From positions 1 through 64,000 of the IMG/VR virus record IMGVR_UViG_3300023184_000070: a stretch of 64,000 nucleotides of DNA. One strand, 5' to 3'. Of the stretch, positions 29,533 to 37,912 are shown piece by piece (position 1 is the first letter of the stretch; each line of letters starts with the position of its first letter). This DNA is from a virus. A model generated the notes under the pieces. The model was given only the letters and a program-made list of their open reading frames with translations. It was not told the origin of the DNA and ran no database searches. Position numbers and translations under genes: made by a program.

Positions 29533-31275
29533 TTAAGTTGGCGCCGGGGCTGGCGCTGCTGCACCCATATCCCCGGGAGCGCCCCCTGGTGCAGAACCCG
29601 GCTCACCACCAACGCCTTCTTCCCCGCCTTCGGGGGGAGTGATTGCACCAAGATCTGAATCTAGTCCTCCGGGAGTAACGCCCACGCTGCGCAAACCTAA
29701 ATCTTCTGTTGGGGCGTTTTCTGCATCGCCGCGCTCTTCTAGCCACATGTTTTCGTTTTCGCTCATTTCTTGCTCACTCATGCCCAAATAGCGTTTCATC
29801 AAGAAACGTTTACTGAAGTAAGGGAAAGCTTCTAGCTGTGTAAATGTACCAATTCTAGCACCATCTACTTCAGCCTGGCGATACTGCGCAAAGTTTTGTG
29901 GCTCATTAAACATGAGATCAAACAACTGCCCATCAATGTTAATGCCACGCCAGCGCATGAACATCTTAAATTCTGTGTCAAATTTTTCAATAACCATCTT
30001 CTGCAACCGCTTGCAGTATTGGTTAAAGCGCCATTCTTGGATTAATGCTGTGCCTACTTTGCCATCATTATAGGTCTGACTGCCGTCATCTGTACCTGTA
30101 GGCAAGTAACTGCTGGGAATACGCAGGCCACGGAACAACTTGTTAGTGAAGAATCGCAAGTCTGTGATCTCGCCCAAGTTCTGCCCACCTTGTAAGACTT
30201 CAACTTTGCTGCCACGACCGTCTGCTGTTTGTGGGAAGAAGAAGTCTTCGTTGGTGCTCAGGGGATTGTAGGTAGCATCCATCATGTTGGTAGTACCGTT
30301 ACCAGTTTGCGTAGGAATTCTGCGCTGTGCAATCTCGTTTTTAACACGCTCAACAAAGGCCATGGCCATGTGACTGGGCATGTTGCCTACGTCAATGTAA
30401 AACGCTCTACGCTCTGGCGCACGTTGCACACGATAGATAATGATGGAATCTTCAAGCAGTTCTTTTTGCTTGAATACCTTAAAGACATTTTCTAATGCAC
30501 TGTTACCAAATGGCCAGAATGTGTCTAGTCCTTCTGTAAGTCCCACGTGGATTATGTGTTCTGCATTAATTACTGCTTCGTTCTGTGCATGACTAAATCT
30601 ACTGCCGCCAGTATAGGGAGTTCTAGGCTGTGTGTAACTGCCGCCGCCTCCACCAGTTTGCGGACTGTTGGTATATGTATCTGTAGTGCTCAACGCAGTG
30701 GCAGTCATGTTTTGGAAGTTAGGTTGCAAGTCTTTGATTACATACTGCTCAGGATTTTTACCCTCTGCTTCGTTTACAATGATCTTGACCACTTTGCTCA
30801 TCTCGGTCCAGTATAATTTAAATGTTTCTGGGTCACGGATAAACACTTGATCGCCGTACTTGATGGTATTACGCATGATTTTGAACATGCGCTTGTTAAA
30901 TTCATTTAGGGTAACCCACTGCTGTAGCTGCTCTTTGATAATTTTGATTTCGTTATCGGTGGGTTCTTCTTTGTAGTGTATATCAAATGGTAAATTGGTT
31001 TCTTCATGTGGCTGTGTGCTAAACTCAGCCAGGATGTCTAGGGCAGCGTTAACTTCGCTGTCCATGTCCATTTGTTCATATTGATTGTAGCGTTCTAGTC
31101 TATTGGGGTGACCAATGTAAATTTCTGGCAGCTGACTTTGATAGTTGCTGTACTTCATGTCCCCACCAGTACTGGTATTTGCGCCACTACCAATTGGACT
31201 CATGGCGTTGCCGGTACCGGCTGTACGGAAATACTTTTTCCAACTTCCGCCTGTTTGTGTTTTGGGTTCTGCCAT
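29533..31275 (-). CDS. gp20: Portal protein (gp20-like)
   Basis: LLEDSIIIYRVQRAPERRAFYIDVGNMP, EDFFFP, GGQNLGEI, LRIPSSYL. Confidence 0.97.
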   Translation of the reverse strand: MAEPKTQTGGSWKKYFRTAGTGNAMSPIGSGANTSTGGDMKYSNYQSQLPEIYIGHPNRLERYNQYEQMDMDSEVNAALDILAEFSTQPHEETNLPFDIHYKEEPTDNEIKIIKEQLQQWVTLNEFNKRMFKIMRNTIKYGDQVFIRDPETFKLYWTEMSKVVKIIVNEAEGKNPEQYVIKDLQPNFQNMTATALSTTDTYTNSPQTGGGGGSYTQPRTPYTGGSRFSHAQNEAVINAEHIIHVGLTEGLDTFWPFGNSALENVFKVFKQKELLEDSIIIYRVQRAPERRAFYIDVGNMPSHMAMAFVERVKNEIAQRRIPTQTGNGTTNMMDATYNPLSTNEDFFFPQTADGRGSKVEVLQGGQNLGEITDLRFFTNKLFRGLRIPSSYLPTGTDDGSQTYNDGKVGTALIQEWRFNQYCKRLQKMVIEKFDTEFKMFMRWRGINIDGQLFDLMFNEPQNFAQYRQAEVDGARIGTFTQLEAFPYFSKRFLMKRYLGMSEQEMSENENMWLEERGDAENAPTEDLGLRSVGVTPGGLDSDLGAITPPEGGEEGVGGEPGSAPGGAPGDMGAAAPAPAPT

Positions 31276-31297
31276 GTGAAATTTCTATGTTAACTTG

Positions 31298-31305
31298 TAT
31301 TTATA
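31298..31305 (-). promoter_or_regulatory. T4-type late promoter TATAAATA
   Basis: Exact consensus 22 nt upstream of the portal start. Confidence 0.8.
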
Positions 31306-31310
31306 TACAA

Positions 31311-33689
31311 TCAGTGCGAGTTGTAGACTAATTGCTGCTGTAAATCTTTGGATTCTCGTAAGTAACTCAATTGCTGTGTGGTGGTATCAATAAACTGTTT
31401 CATTAAATTAATTTGCTCTTGCATGAGGTCTGATGGGTCTTTTTTATTAGCGCCAGTTAACATAGACATGCCAGCACCTAGCAATCCACCCACAGGGCCC
31501 ATTGCAGATGCAGCGGTTGTAGCAGATTTACTGTTAATTATATCATTGATCATGCCAGATATATTTGTCATGTTTAGAGTAACTGGTATTGTGCGTCCAC
31601 CTTCAAGCGGAACAATTGCTTCTGGGCCGTGTAGTTTTTCCATATAACCACTAGCAGGTCCGTCAGAAACACCTCCTAGTTTTTTGCCTTTTTCGCTAAA
31701 AAACATTTCCCTAACACCACCAAGCACACCGCCCACTACTGCACCTGCTGCACCCATACTTGCGCCACCAACTGCTGTCCCTGCCAGTGGTGCAATTGCA
31801 GTACCAACAGTTCCGCCTATCATCAGACCAGCAGTACCACCAGCAATAGCACCTTCGCCCACTGCTAGACCAACACGTTTAACTTTATCCCACATGGATT
31901 CAGTTAATGACATTGTTGCACCTGCAATTGCATTCATTGTCTTTGCTGCTGCCAGCGCTTCAACAGCAAACGCTGTAATAGCTCCTGTTAATTGTTCTTG
32001 TAGTGCGACCTTAAGTTTTTGTACACCAATCTCAAGTGCAGCTACATTTACATCCAACGCTGCTTGATTATTAGCAGATTTATCAGCATTTTCTTTTGCT
32101 TTGTTTGCCGCTTCTTCTGTATAGTTAGTATGCAATATCAGTTTATTAGTAAACTCACCAAATTGACCAGCTAGCCCACCTACTAGTACGCCTGCGGTGT
32201 TAATAGTTGAATCCATGTTTCTCACTGATTCACCTAATTTACCGCCAGCAGCCAGAGTGTCCTGAGCCACTTGATCTCCAGTTTTAGTTGAATTCAAGAC
32301 ATTGTTCATAGCTTCATCTAAATAAACACCAGCTTGTTTGTTATTGGCTAACAATATATTAGTGTTCTGATCTATAACTGTGCCACCAGTTAATATCTTT
32401 TCAATAAATCCTTTTTGCAACTCTTCAGGCATAGATCTCAATGCACCCTGAAATCTTGCATTTTGCTCGGCTGTTAGCTTGCTGCTGACTTCAAGTCGCA
32501 TGGCATCAGTTCTAGCTTTTTCTACTGCTTTTTTTGCATCTTTGCCAGTAATGTCAGATAGTATTTTTAGGCTTTTACCATATGACAATGTTTCCTTAGC
32601 AACTTCGGCATCAGTGCGAGCCCTATAGTCACCTGCTGCTTTTTGATTTGCCATCATGGATGCAGCTAGACTGGCTTGTTCTTCAAACCCATATCCCAGT
32701 TTGATTAACTGTGTATCAACCCCGGAATTTTTAATTGCAGCACCAACTTTAGATAATTTAGTTGATGCTTCACCAAACCCCATGCCTAAAAATACTAGAT
32801 CGTCTTTGCTGTCCTTTAGTGTTTTAGCCCACTGCTCAACTGTTAGGCCAGCTTTACTGGCTTCTTTACGCATCTGCGTCATACCACCTGCTAGTACTAT
32901 ACCAGCGGCAGTAATGTCCATATAGCTCTTGCGCTGTTGCTCAAGTGCTGTTTTTAATATGTCTAGGCGTTTTTGCTCGGCTTCACTGGCTTTTTTAGCC
33001 ACGTTTGCAGCAATTGCTCCATATATTTGCATGCCGGTACCAACTACTGCTGCGGCTATACCAAGTTTGCCTAGCATACCCCGGGATCCAGCTAGCGCAC
33101 CAAATGACGATATTGCACTACCAAGACCTCTAGTGAACTCAGCTGCTGCAACTGCTGCTTCGCCTTCGGCCTTGGCCAGTGCTATGCTGGCTTGACCGGC
33201 AATCTCTACACCACTGGCATTGCTCAATAAAGATTTTTGGAAGTCCAAACTGGCCATAGCCAGATTGAATGCAATATCTATAGATGCTACAGCAAAATTT
33301 GCCACAGCCGCAGTGGCATTACTTAGGGCAGCTCTTGCAGCTAACCCAACTTTTGCTCTATTGGCTACTGCTACTTTATTATCTCTATTGGCACGGCCCA
33401 TTACATCATCTGTGGCATGTACAGTATCTTCAAGTGCTTTGATTTCGTCATCTAGCTTTTTCATTGCATCTGTGACGTCAATCATGCCAGTTTTCTGACC
33501 GTCGGCAATGTTCAGTATGGTTTTGCTAACAGAAACCGATTCTCTCATCGATTTAGTGCCCTCTTTGATACGCTTGGTAAATTCTTCAACAGATTCACTA
33601 GCAGCACGTTCGGAGGGGCTGACGTGAGCATCCCCAAAGAATCTTGCAAAAAGTCTTTCCATCTGTTCAGATGTAATTGGATCACTCAT
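31311..33689 (-). CDS. Tape-measure-like protein, 792 aa
   Basis: Ala-rich helical composition, Gly-rich hydrophobic segments, C-terminal GPASGY...LHGPEAIVPL motif. Confidence 0.7.
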   Translation of the reverse strand: MSDPITSEQMERLFARFFGDAHVSPSERAASESVEEFTKRIKEGTKSMRESVSVSKTILNIADGQKTGMIDVTDAMKKLDDEIKALEDTVHATDDVMGRANRDNKVAVANRAKVGLAARAALSNATAAVANFAVASIDIAFNLAMASLDFQKSLLSNASGVEIAGQASIALAKAEGEAAVAAAEFTRGLGSAISSFGALAGSRGMLGKLGIAAAVVGTGMQIYGAIAANVAKKASEAEQKRLDILKTALEQQRKSYMDITAAGIVLAGGMTQMRKEASKAGLTVEQWAKTLKDSKDDLVFLGMGFGEASTKLSKVGAAIKNSGVDTQLIKLGYGFEEQASLAASMMANQKAAGDYRARTDAEVAKETLSYGKSLKILSDITGKDAKKAVEKARTDAMRLEVSSKLTAEQNARFQGALRSMPEELQKGFIEKILTGGTVIDQNTNILLANNKQAGVYLDEAMNNVLNSTKTGDQVAQDTLAAGGKLGESVRNMDSTINTAGVLVGGLAGQFGEFTNKLILHTNYTEEAANKAKENADKSANNQAALDVNVAALEIGVQKLKVALQEQLTGAITAFAVEALAAAKTMNAIAGATMSLTESMWDKVKRVGLAVGEGAIAGGTAGLMIGGTVGTAIAPLAGTAVGGASMGAAGAVVGGVLGGVREMFFSEKGKKLGGVSDGPASGYMEKLHGPEAIVPLEGGRTIPVTLNMTNISGMINDIINSKSATTAASAMGPVGGLLGAGMSMLTGANKKDPSDLMQEQINLMKQFIDTTTQQLSYLRESKDLQQQLVYNSH

Positions 33690-33701
33690 GAGTTTGTAGC
33701 C

Positions 33702-33727
33702 TATAAATATAGTGTATCAATTATTTA
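33702..33727. promoter_or_regulatory. Two opposed late promoters (TATAAATA plus 33702-33709; TAAATA minus 33722-33727)
   Basis: Both motifs lie in the 52-bp gap between the divergent tape-measure and gp26-like genes. Confidence 0.65.
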
Positions 33728-33741
33728 CCGGAATCAAAAAC

Positions 33742-34605
33742 ATGGAAACAACTACTTTACCGAATACCGCCGCTAATCCCTTAGCCAAGTACTTTAGACA
33801 ACCTGCAATTTACATTAAACTACCTGGGGCAGGCAAATTCTGGGCAGAAGGGTCACTGAATTTGCCAGTCAACGGTGAAATTCCCATTTATCCCATGACT
33901 ACTAGGGATGAAGTTACGCTGAGAACTCCAGATGCACTCATGAATGGTAGCGGTGTGGTCAGTGTAATCGAAAGCTGCTGCCCAAACATTGTTGATGCGT
34001 GGAAAACCCCCACAGTAGATGTAGATGCTATATTGATTGCTATTCGCATTGCCAGCTACGGACAGCAGATGGATGTCGAAACCACTTGCCCGCACTGCAA
34101 CGAAAAAAACAGTCATGCGCTGGATTTGATCAATTGTCTAGGCGGAATACAATGCCCCGATTATTCACACCCAATTGCAATTGACGAATTAAAAATAAAA
34201 CTTAAATCTCAAATCTATTTTGGGTCAAATCAGACTGATGCTATCAATTTTGAAGAACAAAAAATGATACAGGCCGTAAATGACTCTGCTATGGCAGAAC
34301 CAGACAAGATGCAGCTAGTGGCCAAGAGCATGCAGCGCATAATTGAAATTGGGCTCGAGTCTGCTGCTCATTGCACAGAATACATTGAAATTGAAGATGG
34401 TACTCGAGTACGTGATGTTGAGTACATCAAAGAGTTTTATAATAATGCCAAAGGCAGCATATTAAAAACAGTCAAGGATCACCTGACTAAGTTTAATCAA
34501 CAGGGTGCAGTCCCATCCCAACCAGTAGCTTGCTATGAGTGTAAGAAAGAATTCACAGTACCATTACAGTTTGATTACGCAAGTTTTTTCGCGCAAGGCT
34601 TTTGA
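33742..34605 (+). CDS. Baseplate hub assembly protein (gp26-like) / putative tail assembly chaperone, 287 aa
   Basis: NPLAKYFRQPAIYIKLP, MTTRDE, DAILIAIRIASYG, two CxxC motifs (CPHC, CYEC), C-terminal SFF. ATG 33742 preferred over GTG 33712. Confidence 0.75.
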   Translation: METTTLPNTAANPLAKYFRQPAIYIKLPGAGKFWAEGSLNLPVNGEIPIYPMTTRDEVTLRTPDALMNGSGVVSVIESCCPNIVDAWKTPTVDVDAILIAIRIASYGQQMDVETTCPHCNEKNSHALDLINCLGGIQCPDYSHPIAIDELKIKLKSQIYFGSNQTDAINFEEQKMIQAVNDSAMAEPDKMQLVAKSMQRIIEIGLESAAHCTEYIEIEDGTRVRDVEYIKEFYNNAKGSILKTVKDHLTKFNQQGAVPSQPVACYECKKEFTVPLQFDYASFFAQGF

Positions 34606-34820
34606 CATTAACCAATGATGAAATCGTAGCCTTGCTAGATGGCTACGATAAAGAGTCAAAAGCCCTAAAAAAAGAAGCACTTACACTAGCATGGTACATG
34701 CGCGGAGGATTAAGTTACGAGGAAGCCATGTATCTCAGTCAGAACGAACGAGAAACCATTGGTAGAATTATCGAAAGCAACATGGAAGTTGTTAAGAAAA
34801 CAGGTATGCCATTCTTCTAA
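34602..34820 (+). CDS. gp51-like hub assembly segment; probably the -1 frameshift extension of the upstream ORF
   Basis: WYMRGGLSYEEAMYLS..ER motif; lies in the -1 frame, which is open from the T TTT TTC site at 34584-34590; no well-spaced SD. Confidence 0.7.
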   Translation: MTLTNDEIVALLDGYDKESKALKKEALTLAWYMRGGLSYEEAMYLSQNERETIGRIIESNMEVVKKTGMPFF

Positions 34821-34928
34821 TCGCATAACTTATCCAATTTAACCTGCAGAATAAACTACTATACAATCAAGAAACCCATCTACCTAAATAAATTTACCAC
34901 TAACAGTGGTTTATAAGGAGATTACAAG

Positions 34929-35162
34929 ATGGATATTCTTGCAAATGTAAAAAAATGGGCTAGCAATCTAGCAGACGCAGGCGTGAGCGTAATTGCTCTA
35001 GCCATTGTACTGGAAATTTTATTTAAAGGGACTGTAATCCCATTTTTCCCAGTAGGTTCAGTTATCACTAACGTGACCACAATCATCGGTGCTTTAGGTT
35101 CCCAAGGACTAGTAGGACTAGTTGCTATTTGGGTATTATACGGTATCTGGAAAAACAAGTAA
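34929..35162 (+). CDS. Small membrane protein, 77 aa
   Basis: TAAATA 34885-34890, TAAGGAG SD, two hydrophobic segments, basic C-terminus. Confidence 0.75.
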   Translation: MDILANVKKWASNLADAGVSVIALAIVLEILFKGTVIPFFPVGSVITNVTTIIGALGSQGLVGLVAIWVLYGIWKNK

Positions 35163-35176
35163 ACTTGTATCTAGCA

Positions 35177-35215
35177 AAAGAAAGACAACATGCTCATTTG
35201 TGTGTTTCTTTCTTT
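35177..35215. terminator. Possible bidirectional terminator hairpin
   Basis: aaagaaaga(35177-85)...tctttcttt(35207-15) between convergent units. Confidence 0.5.
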
Positions 35216-35226
35216 ATCTCTATATA

Positions 35227-35620
35227 AGACTTCTTACAGAAGTCTGTTGTTTCGCTATCGCTCACAACATTATTCTCTATCTTTAATGGATTAGTATCAT
35301 CCAGATTAACTGGTCATAATTCACCGTATGCACGGTGAATTGAAAAGGCATCATCCGAGTAGCCCAGTCATCTATTCTAATGAGATTGCCTTGCGGCGCG
35401 GAGGCGGTTGACCGGTACCCCCTACTCAAGCTTCACATATCAACGGAACCCTAGTGATCCGGAATAGACCCAAATCCTATAGGCTGAGGTTGCATCTTTT
35501 TCGCATAGCCTCAATCATTTATTACCTTAAGTTAGTAATTTTCTTTGGCATCCAAGATCCGGACCGGGTATCTCACCGTTCCTCAATGGAGCGTGGCCTA
35601 ACCACGCACAGCGCCTATGA
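35227..35620 (-). ncRNA. Candidate large structured non-coding RNA (family unassigned)
   Basis: ORF-free gap with more than ten complementary segment pairs, several mutually crossing, a GCAA tetraloop on the minus strand and a perfect 10-bp hairpin. Strand and ends are inferred. Confidence 0.7.
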
Positions 35621-35624
35621 TGTA

Positions 35625-36083
35625 TTAACTTGTTGGACTTTGTGTCTTTGGGAGATTGATTTTGTTTATAATGTGTGAGCCATGTACCCTGCAACTTATC
35701 TGTCCATTATAATAATCTTGTGACTCTAAGACCTTGCGGTCAAATTGTTCACGTGCTTCAATGTAGGAGCACAGGGCTTTTGATGAGCAGTAGCACAAGA
35801 TCTCTCTCTGGAACTTGTCTGCCCCCAGCAATTCTACATCCCGCCGCAACTCATCGTTGCTGCCGTAGTATTCTTGCCAGTCACTGTCGATCTTGCTGCG
35901 TATCTTCTTTTTCTTCTTGATCCCGTTCTTTTGCTTGACCACACGATATGTGGTCTTGGCAAATTTGGCTAGCTTTTTGCCCACGTACTTTCTGTCTGTG
36001 GCGGTATTTGTGATAAGATACACAAAACCTACACAGTCTTCGGGTAATTGTTCAACGGGCATATTCTGATAGAACCAAGTCAT
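35625..36083 (-). CDS. Stand-alone GIY-YIG (Seg-like) endonuclease, 152 aa
   Basis: GFVYLITN...KYVGKK (GIY-YIG variant), YYGS, FQREIL, IEAREQ (Glu) and YYN; Lys-rich insertion; no C-terminal DNA-binding domain. Confidence 0.8.
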   Translation of the reverse strand: MTWFYQNMPVEQLPEDCVGFVYLITNTATDRKYVGKKLAKFAKTTYRVVKQKNGIKKKKKIRSKIDSDWQEYYGSNDELRRDVELLGADKFQREILCYCSSKALCSYIEAREQFDRKVLESQDYYNGQISCRVHGSHIINKINLPKTQSPTS

Positions 36084-36142
36084 ATTTGATACAGCAAGAG
36101 GCTGTATTATAGTTATGACTCATGCAGTCTGACCTGCTAAAT

Positions 36143-37912
36143 TTATACAGTTTCAACATCGGTATTGTAGGTGGTAAACCCATTTTCTTTGACCACAGTC
36201 AAGATGTTGTTGACCCGCCCGGCTAGTTCATCTTTGTGACTGACCAGCCAAATGCTCTTGTGAGCTTCTCTGCTCATGCGTTTTAGGATAGCCAGTGCGC
36301 TTTCCACACCCGATGCATCCATACCCGAGTCTACTAGTTCATCAATGAACAAAAGATTGACAGGTTGATACAAACTTTCCCAAACATCACGGAACGCCCA
36401 CGACAGACTCAGTATCAGTCTATTGCGCTCGCCCCGGCTGAGGTTGTCAAAGTCTAACTCTCTGCCCAATTCAGTTATGCTCACTGTGAGATCGTTGTTG
36501 AACTTGACCACATGTGGCAAGCCAATACGGTCCAAGTACTGCCCTAGTCTTGCGTTCAAATAACTTAAATTTTGATCAATAATGCGTTTGCGTATAAAAC
36601 TGTCTTTGTTGGTCAACAGTTTCAATAAAAATTCTTGATGATCCCGGACATTGCCTAACTCGTTGATAGTGTCGTAAGTAACAGTCTCTAAGGCCTGTGT
36701 GCTCATTTCTTCTATCTGTTCTGCATATGGATCTGCTTCTGCGTGTTTGCTGGCAATTTGGCTTAATATATTAGCCATGCTGCTGCGATGTTCAAATGCA
36801 TCGCTCTCGCGATCGTAGTAGACTCGAGGCTGCGCACCTGCCGCGCCTATTTCTGCTAGCGCACCAGTCAGTTCAATCCATTGACCGTTGGTGGCCAATA
36901 CCTGTAGTGCAGCTTCTTGTAATTCTTTTTGTTTCTTGGTCATGGCAGTCGCATGATCACCATCGTGCAGATCCTGCCCACATGCATGACATCGGTGATC
37001 CTCTAGTGCTGCAATCTCACGTTGCAGTCGTTCAACTACTTTGTTTTCGCGATCCTCGTCCAGCTCGGCACGTTTAACGGCCTTGGTTAGGTCAGAGATA
37101 TCTTTCACCTGCTGATTGTATTCTGTTAGCGCCTTGTGTGCTGCCAGCTCAGCTTCGATATCTATTAGACTCAACTCGTCGTAGCCCTTTTGCAAGTATG
37201 CTAAATCGCTGTCGTGCTTCTTCTGCCACAACACCTGTCTACGCTTAAAACTTTCAATCTGTTCTTGTATGCGATGGTTGGCATCTGTCACTGCTTTGAT
37301 GCGGAACTCTTCTTGCTGTATAGCATCTTTAGTGGCTTTGTTTAGTTCTTTAAGACGCTCTGCTTTTTCGCTTAGTACTGTAATGCCCAGCAATTGTTCA
37401 ATAATAGTGCGCTGATCGTTGGCTTTCAGGCTGAGAAACGGCTCGGTATAGGTGTTTAATGCTACGATATGGCGGAACATATCCCAGCTCATGCCCAGCA
37501 TGCGTTCTATGTCTGCTTGAGTTTCTCTGCTGTCGCCCTGACTCTCGTCGGTGATCTCACGCTCAACATTGCCTACATAAAAGGCCATGGTGTTGGGCTT
37601 GCGACCACGCTCAATACGATAGTCAGTGCCGTCCTTCTCAAACTCAACAGTGACAATCATGCCCTTGCCGTTGGTTTTGTTGATCAGGTTGTCTTTGCGT
37701 ATGTTGGTCAGTGCAGCACCATACAGGGCATAGCTGAGTGCATTGATGATAGTGGTCTTGCCGGTACCGTTCCTACTGCCAGAATCATCCCCGCCTAGAT
37801 CAATGTTTTCACCCAGGACCAGTGTGAGATCCTTGCGGTCAAAGTCCACAGCCTGCGTGACATTGCCCACGCTCATGAAATTCTTAACAGTCAAATTCTT
37901 GATACGGATCAT
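36143..37912 (-). CDS. gp46: Recombination endonuclease ATPase subunit (gp46, Rad50/SbcC-like)
   Basis: Walker A NGTGKT, CHAC zinc hook, LSRGE signature, LLFIDE Walker B, VSH. Confidence 0.95.
   Translation of the reverse strand: MIRIKNLTVKNFMSVGNVTQAVDFDRKDLTLVLGENIDLGGDDSGSRNGTGKTTIINALSYALYGAALTNIRKDNLINKTNGKGMIVTVEFEKDGTDYRIERGRKPNTMAFYVGNVEREITDESQGDSRETQADIERMLGMSWDMFRHIVALNTYTEPFLSLKANDQRTIIEQLLGITVLSEKAERLKELNKATKDAIQQEEFRIKAVTDANHRIQEQIESFKRRQVLWQKKHDSDLAYLQKGYDELSLIDIEAELAAHKALTEYNQQVKDISDLTKAVKRAELDEDRENKVVERLQREIAALEDHRCHACGQDLHDGDHATAMTKKQKELQEAALQVLATNGQWIELTGALAEIGAAGAQPRVYYDRESDAFEHRSSMANILSQIASKHAEADPYAEQIEEMSTQALETVTYDTINELGNVRDHQEFLLKLLTNKDSFIRKRIIDQNLSYLNARLGQYLDRIGLPHVVKFNNDLTVSITELGRELDFDNLSRGERNRLILSLSWAFRDVWESLYQPVNLLFIDELVDSGMDASGVESALAILKRMSREAHKSIWLVSHKDELAGRVNNILTVVKENGFTTYNTDVETV

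Noticed and set aside
35570-35590. GAGGAACGG resembling the RNase P RNA GAGGAAAGUCC motif
   Set aside because: Only partial match, and no 3' AACCCGGCUUA-like partner strand was found.
35590-35612. GTGCG plus CGTGG-TTAGG-CCACG at the RNA 5' end, resembling a group II intron start or pistol ribozyme P1
   Set aside because: No domain V with an AGC/CGC triad, no flanking exons, and the pistol core after P1 is missing.
35454-35678. 74-aa plus-strand ORF across the candidate RNA
   Set aside because: GTG start without a clear SD, no recognisable motif, and it overlaps the GIY-YIG gene antisense.
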